DNA from: Candidatus Eiseniibacteriota bacterium
Lineage (GTDB): Bacteria > Eisenbacteria > RBG-16-71-46
Length of the DNA stretch: 64,000 bases
Direction of reading: 5' to 3'
Assembly: GCA_036507005.1 (NCBI GenBank)
Contig: DASXQT010000077.1
Coordinates: forward strand, 33,626-97,625
Positions 35,762 through 48,227 of this stretch are shown here, one piece after another. The position numbers and the translations under genes are program-made. How positions within the stretch are numbered: position 1 is the stretch's first letter; each line of letters begins with the position of its first letter. The notes below the pieces were generated by a model. That model made no database searches. It had not been told where the DNA came from and worked only from the letters and a program-made list of their open reading frames with translations.

Positions 35762-37809
35762 CAGCGGTGCTCCAGCGCCTTGCGGAGAACGCGAATCTTG
35801 AGCGCCACGTCGGGATAGCTGGCGTGCATCGCGTACACCCGCTCGAACTCGGCCAGCGCCGCGGCGGTGTGACCGGCCGCCTCCTGCGCCAGCCCGAGCT
35901 GGTAGCGCAGGTCGGCCTTGGCCATCGGCGAAAGCCCCTGCACCTCGAGCCCGCGGGTGAACTCCCGCGCCGCCTCGTCGAAGCGCCCCTCGTCGAGCAG
36001 GCACCGGCCGACCATCTCGGTGCAACGCACCACGAAGGCGGGGTCGCGCGCCGCGGTCCGGAACGCCTCGATCGCCTGCTCGAGCAGGCCCATCTCCCGG
36101 TAGGTCATGGCGAGATCGTAGTTGCCCTGGGCGTCGCCCGAGATCTGCGCCTCGATCCCGCGCTGGAACTCGGACACCAGGGAGCCGAGGTCGAAGGTCA
36201 CCGCGCCTCCGCGTCCGACCTCGACCTCGACGCGCCCGGCTTCGAACGCCGCCGCGGGGAGGGAGCGCGCCGCGGCGGCGGGCACGGTGGCGGCGGGCGC
36301 GATGGCCGCGACCACCTCGGGGGCGGGCGCCACGTCCCCCAGCCGCTGGAGCCTGCGGTGGGCGAGAGCGTTCGTGGCGTCGAGCGTGGTGGCGCGCTTG
36401 AACCACGAGCGCGCGCCCTGGAGGTCGCCCTCGTTGAGCGCCAGGTCGCCCAGCTCGCACGCCACCAGGGCAGCCTCCACCAGGTCGCGGCGGACCTCGC
36501 AGTTCTTCATCCACAGCATCATCACGTCGGTGGCCGCGTGCGCGCTCTTGCTCAGGCTGCGGTAGATGGTGGCCGCGTTGTCGTACTGCCCCAGCTCCTC
36601 GTAGGCGCTCGCGGCCTCGACCAGCGCCGAGGTCGCGACCTCGCGGCGCCCGAGCCGGAACTGCTCCTGAGCGAGCGTGAGGAGCTTCTCGATCTTCGCG
36701 TGCCCGGTGGGCGCGGCCGGCGCCGCGGCCTCGACGGGCGCCGGGCGCGAGGGAGCGCCGGCCGCCGCGGGCTGCGACGCCGGCTCCATCTCCTGCGCCC
36801 GGGCGCGGGCGAGTGCCGGCGCGTCGAACGCGAGCCCCGGCCCGTCGGGCGCGGGAGGCGTCGCTCGCGGCGCCGGCGCCGGAGCGCTCTCCGCCGGAGC
36901 CTCGCGCGCGGCGGGCGCCGCTGCGGACGGATAGCCGGTCTCGATCTCGAGCCCCTCTTCCGTCAAAGCCGGCGGCGGCGTGGCGGCCGCGGCCGGCCCC
37001 GCCGCCATCTCGCGGTGCGCCGCCTGCGCGGCAGCCGGGGGCGCGGTCCGGGCGGACGCACCCAAGTGCCCGTGCGCGGCGTGCGGCTCGGGCTCGAGCG
37101 GCGTGACGCCGAGCAGTGTGTCGTCGAGAGCCTGCCTGGTCGTCGGCGACGCCGCCGCGCGCGTCGCGGGCTCCGCCGCGCGCGCGGGCACGCCGCCCGG
37201 CTTGATCATCGCCAGGCGGCCGCGGCAGCGATCCGCGTCGCCGGCCTGGCCCGCCGACTGATAGTGCTGCGCCGCCTCGGCCAGCGCCTTCGCCGCCGCG
37301 TCCTTGTCGCCGTCCATCAGGAGGACGTCCGCCAGGCGCTCGAGCGCCTTGATGTTCTCGGGGCAGACCTCGAACGCGGCGCGCAGCGCGGTCGCGGCCT
37401 CGGCGGTCTTGTCCTCGCGCAGCAGGAGGTCGGCGTACTGCATGTGGTAGAGCGCGGACTCGGTGGTCAGCCCGTCGAGGCCGTGGAGCACCGCGAGTCG
37501 CTGCAGCACCTGGGCGTGCGAAAGCGAAAGCCTCATCATCTTCTTGCAGATCGCGATCGCGTTCTTGTAGAGGCCGGTCTTCTCGTACGCGGCGGTGGCG
37601 GCGAGGTAGCGGCGCCCGGCCCCGGCGTGGTCGCCCTTCTTGTACAGGAGGTCGGCGAGCAGGACGAGGTTGTACGGATCGGAGTCGTCGGCGGCGACCA
37701 GCTTCTCGTACTCGCCGAGCGCGCCGTCGAGGTCGCCATTCTGGATGCAGCGCTGGGCCCGACGCTTGATCTCGATCGCCTTTTCCAAGCCGCTCTCTCC
37801 CCGGCGCAC
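35761..37809 (-). CDS. TPR-repeat protein with long Ala/Pro-rich central linker
   Basis: 682 aa. N-terminal TPRs (DPYNLVLLADLLYKKGDHAGAGRRYLAATAAYEKTGLYKNAIAICKKM), about 200 aa of A/P/E-rich low complexity, then C-terminal TPRs. GTG start at 37807-37809 (TTG at 37785 also possible). Confidence 0.65.
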   Translation of the reverse strand: MRRGESGLEKAIEIKRRAQRCIQNGDLDGALGEYEKLVAADDSDPYNLVLLADLLYKKGDHAGAGRRYLAATAAYEKTGLYKNAIAICKKMMRLSLSHAQVLQRLAVLHGLDGLTTESALYHMQYADLLLREDKTAEAATALRAAFEVCPENIKALERLADVLLMDGDKDAAAKALAEAAQHYQSAGQAGDADRCRGRLAMIKPGGVPARAAEPATRAAASPTTRQALDDTLLGVTPLEPEPHAAHGHLGASARTAPPAAAQAAHREMAAGPAAAATPPPALTEEGLEIETGYPSAAAPAAREAPAESAPAPAPRATPPAPDGPGLAFDAPALARARAQEMEPASQPAAAGAPSRPAPVEAAAPAAPTGHAKIEKLLTLAQEQFRLGRREVATSALVEAASAYEELGQYDNAATIYRSLSKSAHAATDVMMLWMKNCEVRRDLVEAALVACELGDLALNEGDLQGARSWFKRATTLDATNALAHRRLQRLGDVAPAPEVVAAIAPAATVPAAAARSLPAAAFEAGRVEVEVGRGGAVTFDLGSLVSEFQRGIEAQISGDAQGNYDLAMTYREMGLLEQAIEAFRTAARDPAFVVRCTEMVGRCLLDEGRFDEAAREFTRGLEVQGLSPMAKADLRYQLGLAQEAAGHTAAALAEFERVYAMHASYPDVALKIRVLRKALEHR

Positions 37810-37836
37810 GCACTCCGGCGCCGGCTCCTATCCCTG

Positions 37837-39369
37837 TCAGGCGTCCAAGGCGTTATGCACCGCTTCCAGGCAGCCTCGGGCCGACGACTCCAGGGCGGTC
37901 TGAAGGCGTTGCAAATCCATCTCGACCTCCTCTTTATCGGCGTTCTGCGCGAGTGACTTCAGGTTGATTCGAACGTTGAGGAGCGCACCCTCCGCGGCCG
38001 CGCGCGCGAGCAGCCCGGAGACCCCGGCATCGGAGGCGGCATGAACGTTGCCAAGGCGGGCGGCGGCCTCCGCCAGCTCGACCGCCTTGAGGCATGCCGC
38101 GGCGGTCGCGAGCGGGATGCGCGTGGCCTCGAGCCCGGCGCGCTCGAGCGCGCGCTCGCGCTCCGCCGCCTCCGCGGCGGTGGCCTGCGGCAGGCGGCGC
38201 GCCCCGAGCACCGCTTCGAACGCCTCGGCGTCGCGGCGCGCGAGCATGAGCAGCTCGCGCCGCAGGGACTCCGCCTCGCGCTTGAGAGCGCGCAGCCCCT
38301 CCTCGTTCGCGGCGTACTTCTTCTTGCCCAGCGTCAGGTTCGCGACCATGGTGGCGAGACAGGTCGAGAGCGCCCCCACGAACGCGGCGACGGTTCCGCC
38401 GCCCGGGGTCGGCGTGGGCGAGGCCACCTGGTCGAAGAAGGATCCGATCGACACCGCCTCGGTGAGCGGCGGATTCCTGAGCCTCAGCTCGAGCACCTGG
38501 TCGCGGCGGAAACCCTCGAGCTGGAGCGCGTGCGAGGCGGCGTCGAGCAGCGCGGCCTCGGGGATCAGCCCCACGACCTCGCAGCCCGCGATCGCAACAC
38601 CGTGGCGCGCCGCCTCGTCGCGCACCAGCGCCAGCACCCGGTGGATGGGCGTGGCCTCGGTGTTCACCAGGTTCATGCTCACCTGCGCGCGCCGCCCGCC
38701 CTCGATCGAGAAGCCCAGGGCGCGCACGTTCTTCAAGCCCCCGCCCTGCTCGCGAATCGCGGCCGCCACCGCCTTCGCCACGCGCACGTCGGAGGTCGCG
38801 AGGTTGGCGTTGAAGGCCACCAGGAAGCGCCGCGCCCCCACCGCCGTGGCGCCCGCGGTGGGATGGATCCGCTCCGGGCCGAAGTCGGGGCGGCGCCCGG
38901 GGTCCTTCCCGATCGCGTCGCGCAGGCCCTCGAACTCCCCGCGCCGCACGTCCGCGAGGCTCACGCGCTCCGGGCGCGTCGCCGCGGCCTCGTAGAGGAA
39001 GACCGGGATCGACAGCTCCTCCCCGATGCGCGCGCCCACCCGGCGCGCGATCTCGGCGCAGTCGTCGAGGGTCATGCCCTCGACCGGCACGAACGGCACC
39101 ACGTCGGCCGCTCCCATGCGGGGGTGCTGGCCCGAGTGGCGGTTGAGGTCGATGAGCTGCGCCGCGCGCGCCACCGCGCGGAACGCGGCCTCCGCCACCG
39201 GATCCGGCTCGCCCGCGAAGGTCAGCACCGAGCGGTTGTGGTCCGGGTCGCTTTCGTGATCGAGCAGCGTCACCCCCGGCACCGCCGCGATCGCTTGGAT
39301 CAGCTCCTCTACCACCTCGGGCCTGCGGCCCTCGGAGAAGTTCGGCACGCACTCGACGAGTCGGGTCAT
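37837..39369 (-). CDS. ftcD: Bifunctional glutamate formimidoyltransferase / formimidoyltetrahydrofolate cyclodeaminase (FTCD)
   Basis: 510 aa. N-terminal formiminotransferase domain (MTRLVECVPNFSEGRRPEVVEEL...NRSVLTF), C-terminal cyclodeaminase domain (GGGTVAAFVGALSTCLATMVANLTLGKKKY). Confidence 0.85.
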   Translation of the reverse strand: MTRLVECVPNFSEGRRPEVVEELIQAIAAVPGVTLLDHESDPDHNRSVLTFAGEPDPVAEAAFRAVARAAQLIDLNRHSGQHPRMGAADVVPFVPVEGMTLDDCAEIARRVGARIGEELSIPVFLYEAAATRPERVSLADVRRGEFEGLRDAIGKDPGRRPDFGPERIHPTAGATAVGARRFLVAFNANLATSDVRVAKAVAAAIREQGGGLKNVRALGFSIEGGRRAQVSMNLVNTEATPIHRVLALVRDEAARHGVAIAGCEVVGLIPEAALLDAASHALQLEGFRRDQVLELRLRNPPLTEAVSIGSFFDQVASPTPTPGGGTVAAFVGALSTCLATMVANLTLGKKKYAANEEGLRALKREAESLRRELLMLARRDAEAFEAVLGARRLPQATAAEAAERERALERAGLEATRIPLATAAACLKAVELAEAAARLGNVHAASDAGVSGLLARAAAEGALLNVRINLKSLAQNADKEEVEMDLQRLQTALESSARGCLEAVHNALDA

Positions 39370-39872
39370 GGGTGGGTGCGGCCTCCTCCGCGCGGAAACA
39401 CCTGGGTCAGGTGGCTGGTCGGGCCGAACCGGGTGGTCGCGCCCGCGCGATTCAGGATCAGGTATCCGGAATCACCGCCCGCCTCGAGAGCTGCCTGGAC
39501 CCCGCTCCCCGCATCGAGCGCGAGCGTCGAACCGATGAGAATGATCTTGCGCCCGTCCCCGGATTGAACGAAGAGCTGCGCGCCACGACCGGGTGAAACC
39601 CCGGCCGCCACCCCGGGCACGCCGTGCGGGTCCAGCCCCAGCCGCATCACGGCCCAATCATGCGCGTCCATCCCCAATTCCGCCCGCGCCCGGCCGGAGT
39701 CCTCCACCACGAAGCGTCGAGCGAAGATGGTGTCCGCCCGCCATGCCAGATGCCTGCGCTCCATCCACACCAGGAGCGCCACCACCCCGCCGAGACAGGC
39801 CACCGCCACCAAGGCCAGCCCGGCGCGCGTGCGGCGCTGCGACGCCTCCAGCCGGGAGAGGCGGCGGAGCAT
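39366..39872 (-). CDS. Hypothetical membrane-anchored protein embedded in the hut operon
   Basis: ORF 39366..40499 trimmed to ATG 39870-39872 (MLRRLSRLEASQRRTRAGLALVAVACLGGVVALLVWM: one TM helix); alternative GTG at 39932 preceded by GAGG. No recognisable domain. Confidence 0.4.
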   Translation of the reverse strand: MLRRLSRLEASQRRTRAGLALVAVACLGGVVALLVWMERRHLAWRADTIFARRFVVEDSGRARAELGMDAHDWAVMRLGLDPHGVPGVAAGVSPGRGAQLFVQSGDGRKIILIGSTLALDAGSGVQAALEAGGDSGYLILNRAGATTRFGPTSHLTQVFPRGGGRTHP

Positions 39873-39922
39873 GCTGTCGATCGACGATGGCGCAGGCTCG
39901 CGGCCGGGCTCCGACTCCACGC

Positions 39923-41214
39923 TCACGGCCACACCCGCCTCTCGACCGTCGGCAGCGCGAGATCGGCGCCGCGGATGAACACGCAATCGGGCCGCACCGC
40001 GGGCAGCCAGTACGGCAGCTCCTCCATCGTCTCGCACTCCCACACCACCGCGTCGCCCGCCGCGCCCGGATTCAGGTGCCCGACGTCGCCTTCGACCCCG
40101 AGCGCGCGCGCCGCGTTCCAAGTGATCGCCATCAGCGTCTCCTCCGCGTCGAAGCCGCACAGCCGCGCCGCCAGCGCCGCGCACTCGAGCAGCGACTGCG
40201 CCGGCGCCGTGCCCGGATTGAAGTCGGTCGCGATCGCCACCCGCGCCCCGGTCGCGCGCAGCATCTCGGCCTTCGGCAGCGGCAGGCCGAGCGTCAGGGC
40301 CGCCGCGGGGAGCAGCACGCCGACCACCCCCGCCTTCGCCAGCACCCGCCAGTCCTCCTCGTCCGCGCTCTCCAGGTGGTCGGCCGAGCAGGCGCCGATC
40401 TCGGCCGCGAGCCGCGCGCCGCCGCTCTGCGCGAGCTGGTCGGCGTGGAGCTTGACCGCGAAGCCCAGCTCGCGCGCGCGGAGGAGCAGCGCGCGGCACT
40501 CCGCGACGCTGAAGCCCACGCCGTCGCAGAACGCGTCCACCGCGCTCGCCAGCTCGCGCCGCCGGATCTCGGGCAGGGTCTTGGCCGAGTGCTCCTCGAT
40601 CAGCCGCTCGCGGCGGTCGCGGTACGAGTCGGGCAGCGCGTGCAGCAGCAGCGCGGTACGGTGCACGCGCGCCGGCACCCGTTGCGCCGCCGCGCGCATG
40701 ATCTCGAGCAGCCGCATCTCGGCCGTGGGCGTCAATCCGTAGCCGCTCTTCACCTCGACCGTGGTGCAGCCGCTCGCGCGCCAGCGCTCGAGGCGGTGCG
40801 CCAGCGTCTTCTCGAGCACCGCCTCGCGCTCGGTGATCGTGGCCTTCACCGTGGTGAGGATGCCGCCGCCGCTCGCGGCGATCTCCTCGTAGCTCTCGCC
40901 CTTCAGGCGGCGGTGGAACTCGGTGGCGCGATGGCCCGCGAACACCATGTGGGTGTGGCAGTCCACCAGGCCGGGCGTCACCAGGTGCCCGTTGCCGTTC
41001 ACCGGGCGCGCGTCGCGGTGCCGCGCGTCGAGCTGGGCCGCGGGCCCGATCTCGAGCACCCGCCCCTCCTGGAACACCACGGCGCCCTTCGGATAGCGCA
41101 GGATCTTCTCGCCCGCCGGATCGGGGGTGACGACCTCGGAGGTGTTGTGGAGCAGGATGTAGGAGGCGCCGCCCGCGACCGGACGGCCGGTGGGCTCGCG
41201 CGCCGGCATCAGGG

Positions 41215-41218
<4 letters not shown>
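39923..41218 (-). CDS. hutI: Imidazolonepropionase
   Basis: ORF 39923..41452 trimmed to ATG 41216-41218 (ATGA overlap with hutU stop; second ATG at 41209). Amidohydrolase motifs [32 protein letters not shown]. Confidence 0.9.
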
Positions 41219-42896
<1,678 letters not shown>

Positions 42897-42900
<4 letters not shown>

Positions 42901-44414
42901 GTCTCCAGCACCTCCTCCGCCAGCCGCTCGGGAGCGCGCGACAGCACCCAGCGCGTCACGGTCTCGCAGCCGTCGGCGATCGGGCGGTCGCCGTCGGGGG
43001 TCGCGACCAGCCGCCGCACCGCGCCGTAGAGGCGCTCCGAGCCCGCGCCGGCCGTGAGCGGGCGGCGGAACTCGAGGGCGCGGCACCCGCACAGCAGCTC
43101 GAGCGCCACCACCCGCGCAGTGTTCTCGACCACCGCCTGGGCGTGGCGCGCCGCGATCGGCGCCATGCTCACGTGGTCTTCGAGCCCGGCCCCGGTGGGG
43201 ATCGAGTCCACGCTCGCGGGATGCGAAAGCACCTTGTTCTCGGAGACCAGCGCGGCCGCGGTGTACTGGGCCAGCATGTAGCCCGACTCGAGGCCGGGCT
43301 CGGTGGCCAGGGCCGGGGGCAGACCCGAGACCCGCGCATCCAGCAGGCGGTCGATGCGGCGCTCGCTCAGCGAGGCGATCTCGGCCACCGCGATCTTGAG
43401 GTAGTCCGCGACCAGCGCCACCGGCTCGGCGTGGAACAGCCCGGCCGAGACCACCTCGCCGCCCGCGGCGAACACCAGCGGGTTGTCGTTCACCGAGTTG
43501 ATCTCGATCTCGAGCTGCTGCCCGACGTGGGCGATCGCATCCCACGCCGCACCCATCACCTGGGGGACGCAGCGCAGCGAGTAGGCGTCCTGCACCCGGT
43601 CGCAGTCGGCGTGCGAGGCGACCAGCGCGCTGCCCTCGGCGAAGGCGCGCGTGCGGCGCGCGGCCTCGAGCGCGCCCGGGTAGGGCCGGAGCTGCTGCAC
43701 CTCCTCGCGCGCCGGCGCCACCGAGCCCAGCAGCACCTCGGTGGTGAGCGTGGCGGCCGCCAGCGCCGCCTCCCACACCTTGCGCGCGTCGCAGCACGCG
43801 AGCGCGGCGAGCGCGGTCGAGAGCTGGGTGCCGTTGATGAGCGCCAGCCCCTCCTTGGCCTCGAGCTCGAGCGGCTGGAGCCCGGCGCCGCGCAGCGCGA
43901 GCCCCGCCGGCATGCGGCGCCCTCCGAGCCACGCCTCGCCCTCGCCCATCAGCACCGACGCCAGGTGCGCGAGGGGCGCGAGGTCGCCGGAGGCGCCCAC
44001 CGAGCCCTGGAGCGGCACCACCGGGGTCACGTCGCGCGCGAGCAGGGCGAGCAGTCCCTCGACCACCTCGACCCGGCACCCCGAGTAGCCGTGGGCGAGC
44101 GAGGCGGCACGCAGCAGAAGCATGGCGCGCACCACGTCGCGCGGCGCCGCGGGGCCGACGCCCGCGCAGTGGGAGCGCAGCAGGTTCACCTGGAGCCGGC
44201 GCACGTCCTCGGGCGCAATGCGCTTGTCCTTGAGCTCGCCGAAGCCGGTGTTGACCCCGTACACCACCCGCCCGTCGCGCAACACGGCGTCGATCACCCG
44301 GCGGCTCGCCGTCATGCGCTCGCGCGCGGCCGGGGAGAGCCGTACCGGCGTCGGCTCGCGCGCCGTGCGCGCCACATCGTCGAGGCCGAGCGGCCCCGCC
44401 CCGAGCTCGATCAC
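42897..44414 (-). CDS. hutH: Histidine ammonia-lyase
   Basis: C-terminal 505 aa of ORF 42897..46172 from GTG 44412-44414 (GTGA overlap with helicase stop; GAGGAGG just upstream). [13 protein letters not shown] and MIO-forming [18 protein letters not shown] (ASG triad). Confidence 0.9.
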
Positions 44415-46531
44415 GTCCTCCTCTCTGCGGTCACCGGGCGTTCGAGGAAGCGCGCCGCCTGCTCCGCCAGCGCCTCCGGGTCGCGCTCCACCCGCCATCC
44501 GCCGGGGAGCGCGTCGCGGAACGGGCCGCGGTACGAGGCGGCCGCGAGGCGCGGGTCGCACACCACCAGCACGCCGCGGTCGTCCGAGCGGCGGATCAGC
44601 CGCCCGATCCCCTGCCGGAAGCGCAGCACGGCCTCGGGCAGCGCGTCGACGCGGAACGGATCGAGCCCGCGCTCGCGCAGACGCTCGGCGCGCGCCTCCA
44701 CCCGCGGGTCGTCCGGCACCGAGAAAGGAAGCTTGGCCACCACGAGGATCTCCAATGAGGAACCGGGAAAGTCGACACCTTCCCACAGGCTCTGCACCCC
44801 GAGCAAGACGGCGCCGCGCGCGGCCCGGAAGCGCTCGGCGAGCTGCGCGGCGGGCCCGTCCCACTCCTGCGCCATGAGCGCGATGTCGGGCGGCAGCAGT
44901 TCCACCAGGCGCTCGCGCGCGCGGCGCAGCCGCTCGTGCGCGGTGAAGAGCGCGAGCAGATTGCGGCGCGTGGCGCGCGCCAGCGCCGCGACCGCGACGG
45001 CGACCGCCTCGGCCTCCTCGCCGCCCTCGAAGATGAAGCTCGCGACCTGGGTCTCGAGCGAGAACGGTGAGGGATAGGTGCGGCCCTCGTACGGCATCCC
45101 GCTCTCCTCGCCGAGGCCGAGGCGCTGGGCCAGGAACGAGAAGTCGGTCCCGGCGCGCAGCGTGGCCGAGGTGAGCACCAGCGAGCGCGCGCGGTCGAGC
45201 ACCAGGCGCCGCGCGTATCCGGCGGCCGAGACCGGCGAGCCCCGCAGCGTCACGCTCCCCGCCCCGCCCCCGCGCTCGCGGCTCCGCCAGTAGACCCATT
45301 CGCGGTCCGCCGCCTCGACCAGGGCCTGGAGGTCGCTGCCGAGGAGCGTGAAGCGCTGCGCCACCTGGAGCGACTCGGCGGCCAGCTCCACGCCCGCCCC
45401 GCCTGCGCTCTCGAGCGGCACCGCGAGTCGCTGGAGGGCGCCCGCGAACTCGCGGCAGTGCGCGAGGACGCTCTCGAGCGGCTCGAGGTCGCGGCCCAGC
45501 AGCTCCTCGGCCGAGTGGTGGCGCGCGCGCGCCCCGTAGAGCTCCTGCGCCTCGCCCGCGGGGGTGAGGCGCTCGAACAGGCGCTCGACGTCGGCGCGGC
45601 AGCGCGTCATGCGCGAGCCCAGGTCGTCGAGGGTCTCGCCCGCGCGGGAGGAGCGGTCGCGCTCGAGCAGCGGAGCGGCCCAGGCCGAGAGCCGGCGCAG
45701 CAGCCCGCCGCGCGGCGCACCGCTCGCGCCGGGGCGCGCGCGCGCGCTGCCGAGCAGACGCAGGGTCTCCTCGAACCGGTTGCGCGACACCGCGCGCTCG
45801 AGCTGGGCGAGCAGCACGCCCTCGAGGCGGTGCGCCTCGTCCACCACCAGCACGTCGAACTCGGGCAGCAGCCCCTCGACCTCGCCGCTCAGCGCGAGGA
45901 GCGCGTGGTTCACCACCACCAGCGAGGCCGACGCCGCCTGGCGCCGCGCCCGCACCCAGAAGCACTCGCGCGCGCGCCGGCAGGTCGCGAGCGTGCAGGC
46001 GTGCGGGTCGGCCGCGACCCGCGGGCGGATGCGGCGGAAGGCCTCGGGGTCGGAGGCCGGGAAGCGATCCAGGTCCCCCTCGGGGTCGGTCGCGGCCCAG
46101 CGCTTGAGCTGCTCGAGCGCCTCGGTCTCCTCGGGGCCACGCTCCTCGGCCAGCTCCAGGGTCGGGAGGCACAGGTAGTTCTGCTTCCCCTTGAGCCGCG
46201 CGCAGGAGAGCCGCACCCCCAGCACGTCGAGCAGCGCGGGCAGGTCGCGCTCGAAGAGCTGGTCCTGGAGCGAGCGCGTGCAGGTCGCGACCACCACGCG
46301 CCGGCCGCTCTCGATCGCGTGGAGCACGCCCGGGAGGAGATAGGCGAGCGACTTGCCCACGCCGGTCGGAGCCTCGGCGAGCAGGATGCCGCCCTGCTCG
46401 ATCACGCGGCCGATGTCGCCCGCGAGCCCGATCTGTCCCGCGCGCGGGGCGTAGTGCGGCCAGCCCGCGCCCACCCGGCCGTCCGGGCCGAGCAGCGCCG
46501 TCACGTCCCGCATCAGCGATCCGGTTTTCAT
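44411..46531 (-). CDS. ATP-dependent DNA helicase, XPD/DinG-like (Rad3 family) with Fe-S cluster domain
   Basis: ORF 44411..46633 trimmed to ATG 46529-46531 (GAGGG upstream). Motif [17 protein letters not shown], four-Cys cluster (YLCLPTL...[17 protein letters not shown]), DEAH box [12 protein letters not shown]. Confidence 0.85.
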   Translation of the reverse strand: MKTGSLMRDVTALLGPDGRVGAGWPHYAPRAGQIGLAGDIGRVIEQGGILLAEAPTGVGKSLAYLLPGVLHAIESGRRVVVATCTRSLQDQLFERDLPALLDVLGVRLSCARLKGKQNYLCLPTLELAEERGPEETEALEQLKRWAATDPEGDLDRFPASDPEAFRRIRPRVAADPHACTLATCRRARECFWVRARRQAASASLVVVNHALLALSGEVEGLLPEFDVLVVDEAHRLEGVLLAQLERAVSRNRFEETLRLLGSARARPGASGAPRGGLLRRLSAWAAPLLERDRSSRAGETLDDLGSRMTRCRADVERLFERLTPAGEAQELYGARARHHSAEELLGRDLEPLESVLAHCREFAGALQRLAVPLESAGGAGVELAAESLQVAQRFTLLGSDLQALVEAADREWVYWRSRERGGGAGSVTLRGSPVSAAGYARRLVLDRARSLVLTSATLRAGTDFSFLAQRLGLGEESGMPYEGRTYPSPFSLETQVASFIFEGGEEAEAVAVAVAALARATRRNLLALFTAHERLRRARERLVELLPPDIALMAQEWDGPAAQLAERFRAARGAVLLGVQSLWEGVDFPGSSLEILVVAKLPFSVPDDPRVEARAERLRERGLDPFRVDALPEAVLRFRQGIGRLIRRSDDRGVLVVCDPRLAAASYRGPFRDALPGGWRVERDPEALAEQAARFLERPVTAERRT

Positions 46532-46670
46532 CGGCCGCCCTCGGTCCGAGCTGCGCCGGCGCTCGGGGACAGCGTGACGAAAATCCACGCGCGCACGGGA
46601 GATCCTCGGGGTGGGCGAGACGGGCCCCTCCACGTTAGCACAGGCGCAAGTCCTCCGGGCCGGAGCGCGT

Positions 46671-47888
46671 TCAGGCGCTCGGTCCCGCGCGCCCCGCGCT
46701 GCGGCTGTGCGTAGGCGCGCGCGACTGCGCCCGGGCGCGCTGCCCCTCCTCGCGCTTGCGGCTCATGAACTCGACGCCGAACGCGCGCTCCGCGGCGTAC
46801 CGGTTATGGGCAGAGCACACGAGACGCAGGTTCTCCACCGTCGCCTCGCCGCCGCGCGCCACGGGCTCGATGTGATCGAACTGCAGAAACCGGGTCGCGT
46901 CGCAGCGTTTCCCCGCGTCGCTCACGAACGCGCACCGGCCACCGTCACGCTCGTAGACCGCGCGCCTCACCGCCGCCGGGATACGTCGGGCTGACTGGGT
47001 CGGCCGGGAGTGACCCGGACAACTGGTCGCACCGAATCTGCGCTTCTCGACCTCGGCCTTTGCGATCCTCACGGCCTCCTTGAGCACCTGAGACAACTCC
47101 CCCGACGGCACCTCGTGGCTCACCAGCGCCCGGAAGTCGTTGTAGAGCTCGTATCCCTCCTGGTCCCAGGTGCCCCCGAACCGGTAGCGCCCCGGCGAGA
47201 GCGGCGTCAGCCGGCCGCGCGGAACGGGTGGCTCAACATGCTCCAAAGCATGCTGGCGAGTGGGCCCCGCCACTGATGCCTCGACATGCTCTGGAGCATG
47301 TTGACCGACGGCATCCGAATTGGGCATCCCGAAATACCCATGAGACGGTCCATGCGGCATAGTTGCCTGAACATGCTCCAGAGCATGTTCGCGCGCTGGG
47401 CCGCTCAGAAACTCCGAGATCAGCGCGGGCGACGGCGCAGCAATGGCCTCGAGCCGGTCCGGCTCGTCCGGCTTCGGGAAGCGCCGGGCGAGCATCAGCT
47501 CCAGCTCGGTCTTGGTCTTGTTCCGGGCCTCGACCAGCAGATCGTCGGCGTTCCCGGACCGCAGATGAGGGGCCAGAATCTGGACCGCGGTGAGGTGCAG
47601 CCGGCCTTCGTAGATCTCGACCAGGATGTCGGGGAAGCGCCGCGCCAGGCGCGCCACGTGGATGCGCTTGCCGGCCGAATCTTCGGACAGACGCAACTCG
47701 TGGACGCAGAAGGCGGAGAGCGAGGAGTAGCCGAGCCCGAGGTAGAGCTTGCGCTCGTCGATTTCGGCGAGGCGGCTGAGCAAGACCGCGGTGCTGGTGC
47801 GTTCGCTTTTGACCCATGCCCTGGTGTCGAGCAGCAGAGCGTCGTTGCTGAAATGGGAGGTCGCGAAGGGATCCTTGCAGCCATTCAT
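46671..47888 (-). CDS. DUF222-like N-terminal domain plus C-terminal HNH endonuclease domain protein (REP13E12-like)
   Basis: ORF 46671..47942 trimmed to ATG 47886-47888. C-terminal HNH: CAFVSDAGKRCDATRFLQFDHIEPVARGGEATVENLRLVCSAHN. Lower GC and atypical codons (TCT, CAT, TAT, TTT, AAT). Internal EHALEHV repeats encoded by DNA palindromes. Confidence 0.75.
   Translation of the reverse strand: MNGCKDPFATSHFSNDALLLDTRAWVKSERTSTAVLLSRLAEIDERKLYLGLGYSSLSAFCVHELRLSEDSAGKRIHVARLARRFPDILVEIYEGRLHLTAVQILAPHLRSGNADDLLVEARNKTKTELELMLARRFPKPDEPDRLEAIAAPSPALISEFLSGPAREHALEHVQATMPHGPSHGYFGMPNSDAVGQHAPEHVEASVAGPTRQHALEHVEPPVPRGRLTPLSPGRYRFGGTWDQEGYELYNDFRALVSHEVPSGELSQVLKEAVRIAKAEVEKRRFGATSCPGHSRPTQSARRIPAAVRRAVYERDGGRCAFVSDAGKRCDATRFLQFDHIEPVARGGEATVENLRLVCSAHNRYAAERAFGVEFMSRKREEGQRARAQSRAPTHSRSAGRAGPSA
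47234..47389 (-). repeat. Three ~20-bp near-perfect palindromes (consensus RACATGCTCYRRAGCATGYT) inside the HNH-gene coding sequence
   Basis: aacatgctccaaagcatgct (47234-47253), gacatgctctggagcatgtt (47282-47301), gaacatgctccagagcatgttc (47368-47389). Each reads in frame as (E/Q)HA(L/P)EHV. Confidence 0.8.
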
Positions 47889-48227
47889 GGCCCGAAACTC
47901 CAGCGGGGGCTGGTGCGATCTCGGGGGCCGCGGGGCACACACGTTGTATCACGGCATATTTCGGCGCACGCAGAGCCGCGGGGAACGCATATCAGGCAGC
48001 GCCACGAGCTTTTTCCTGCCTCGCAGAGAATCACGCTGTCTGCGGGCATCCCTCGCAGGTTGGCGCGCGATGGCGGGGGCGGCGGCGCTCCACGGGTCCG
48101 GCACTCGCGCAACCCGTCAACACAAGAATTCGTCAACTCGGCGGCGCGACGGGTGCGAGAGCCCAATGCCATCCATCACCCGATCCGGAATGCTTCCGCG
48201 CCAGGGGACCGGTCTTCGCGCGCCGGC

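Noticed and set aside
35767-37956. 729-aa plus-strand ORF
   Set aside because: Antisense of the TPR protein gene; no motifs.
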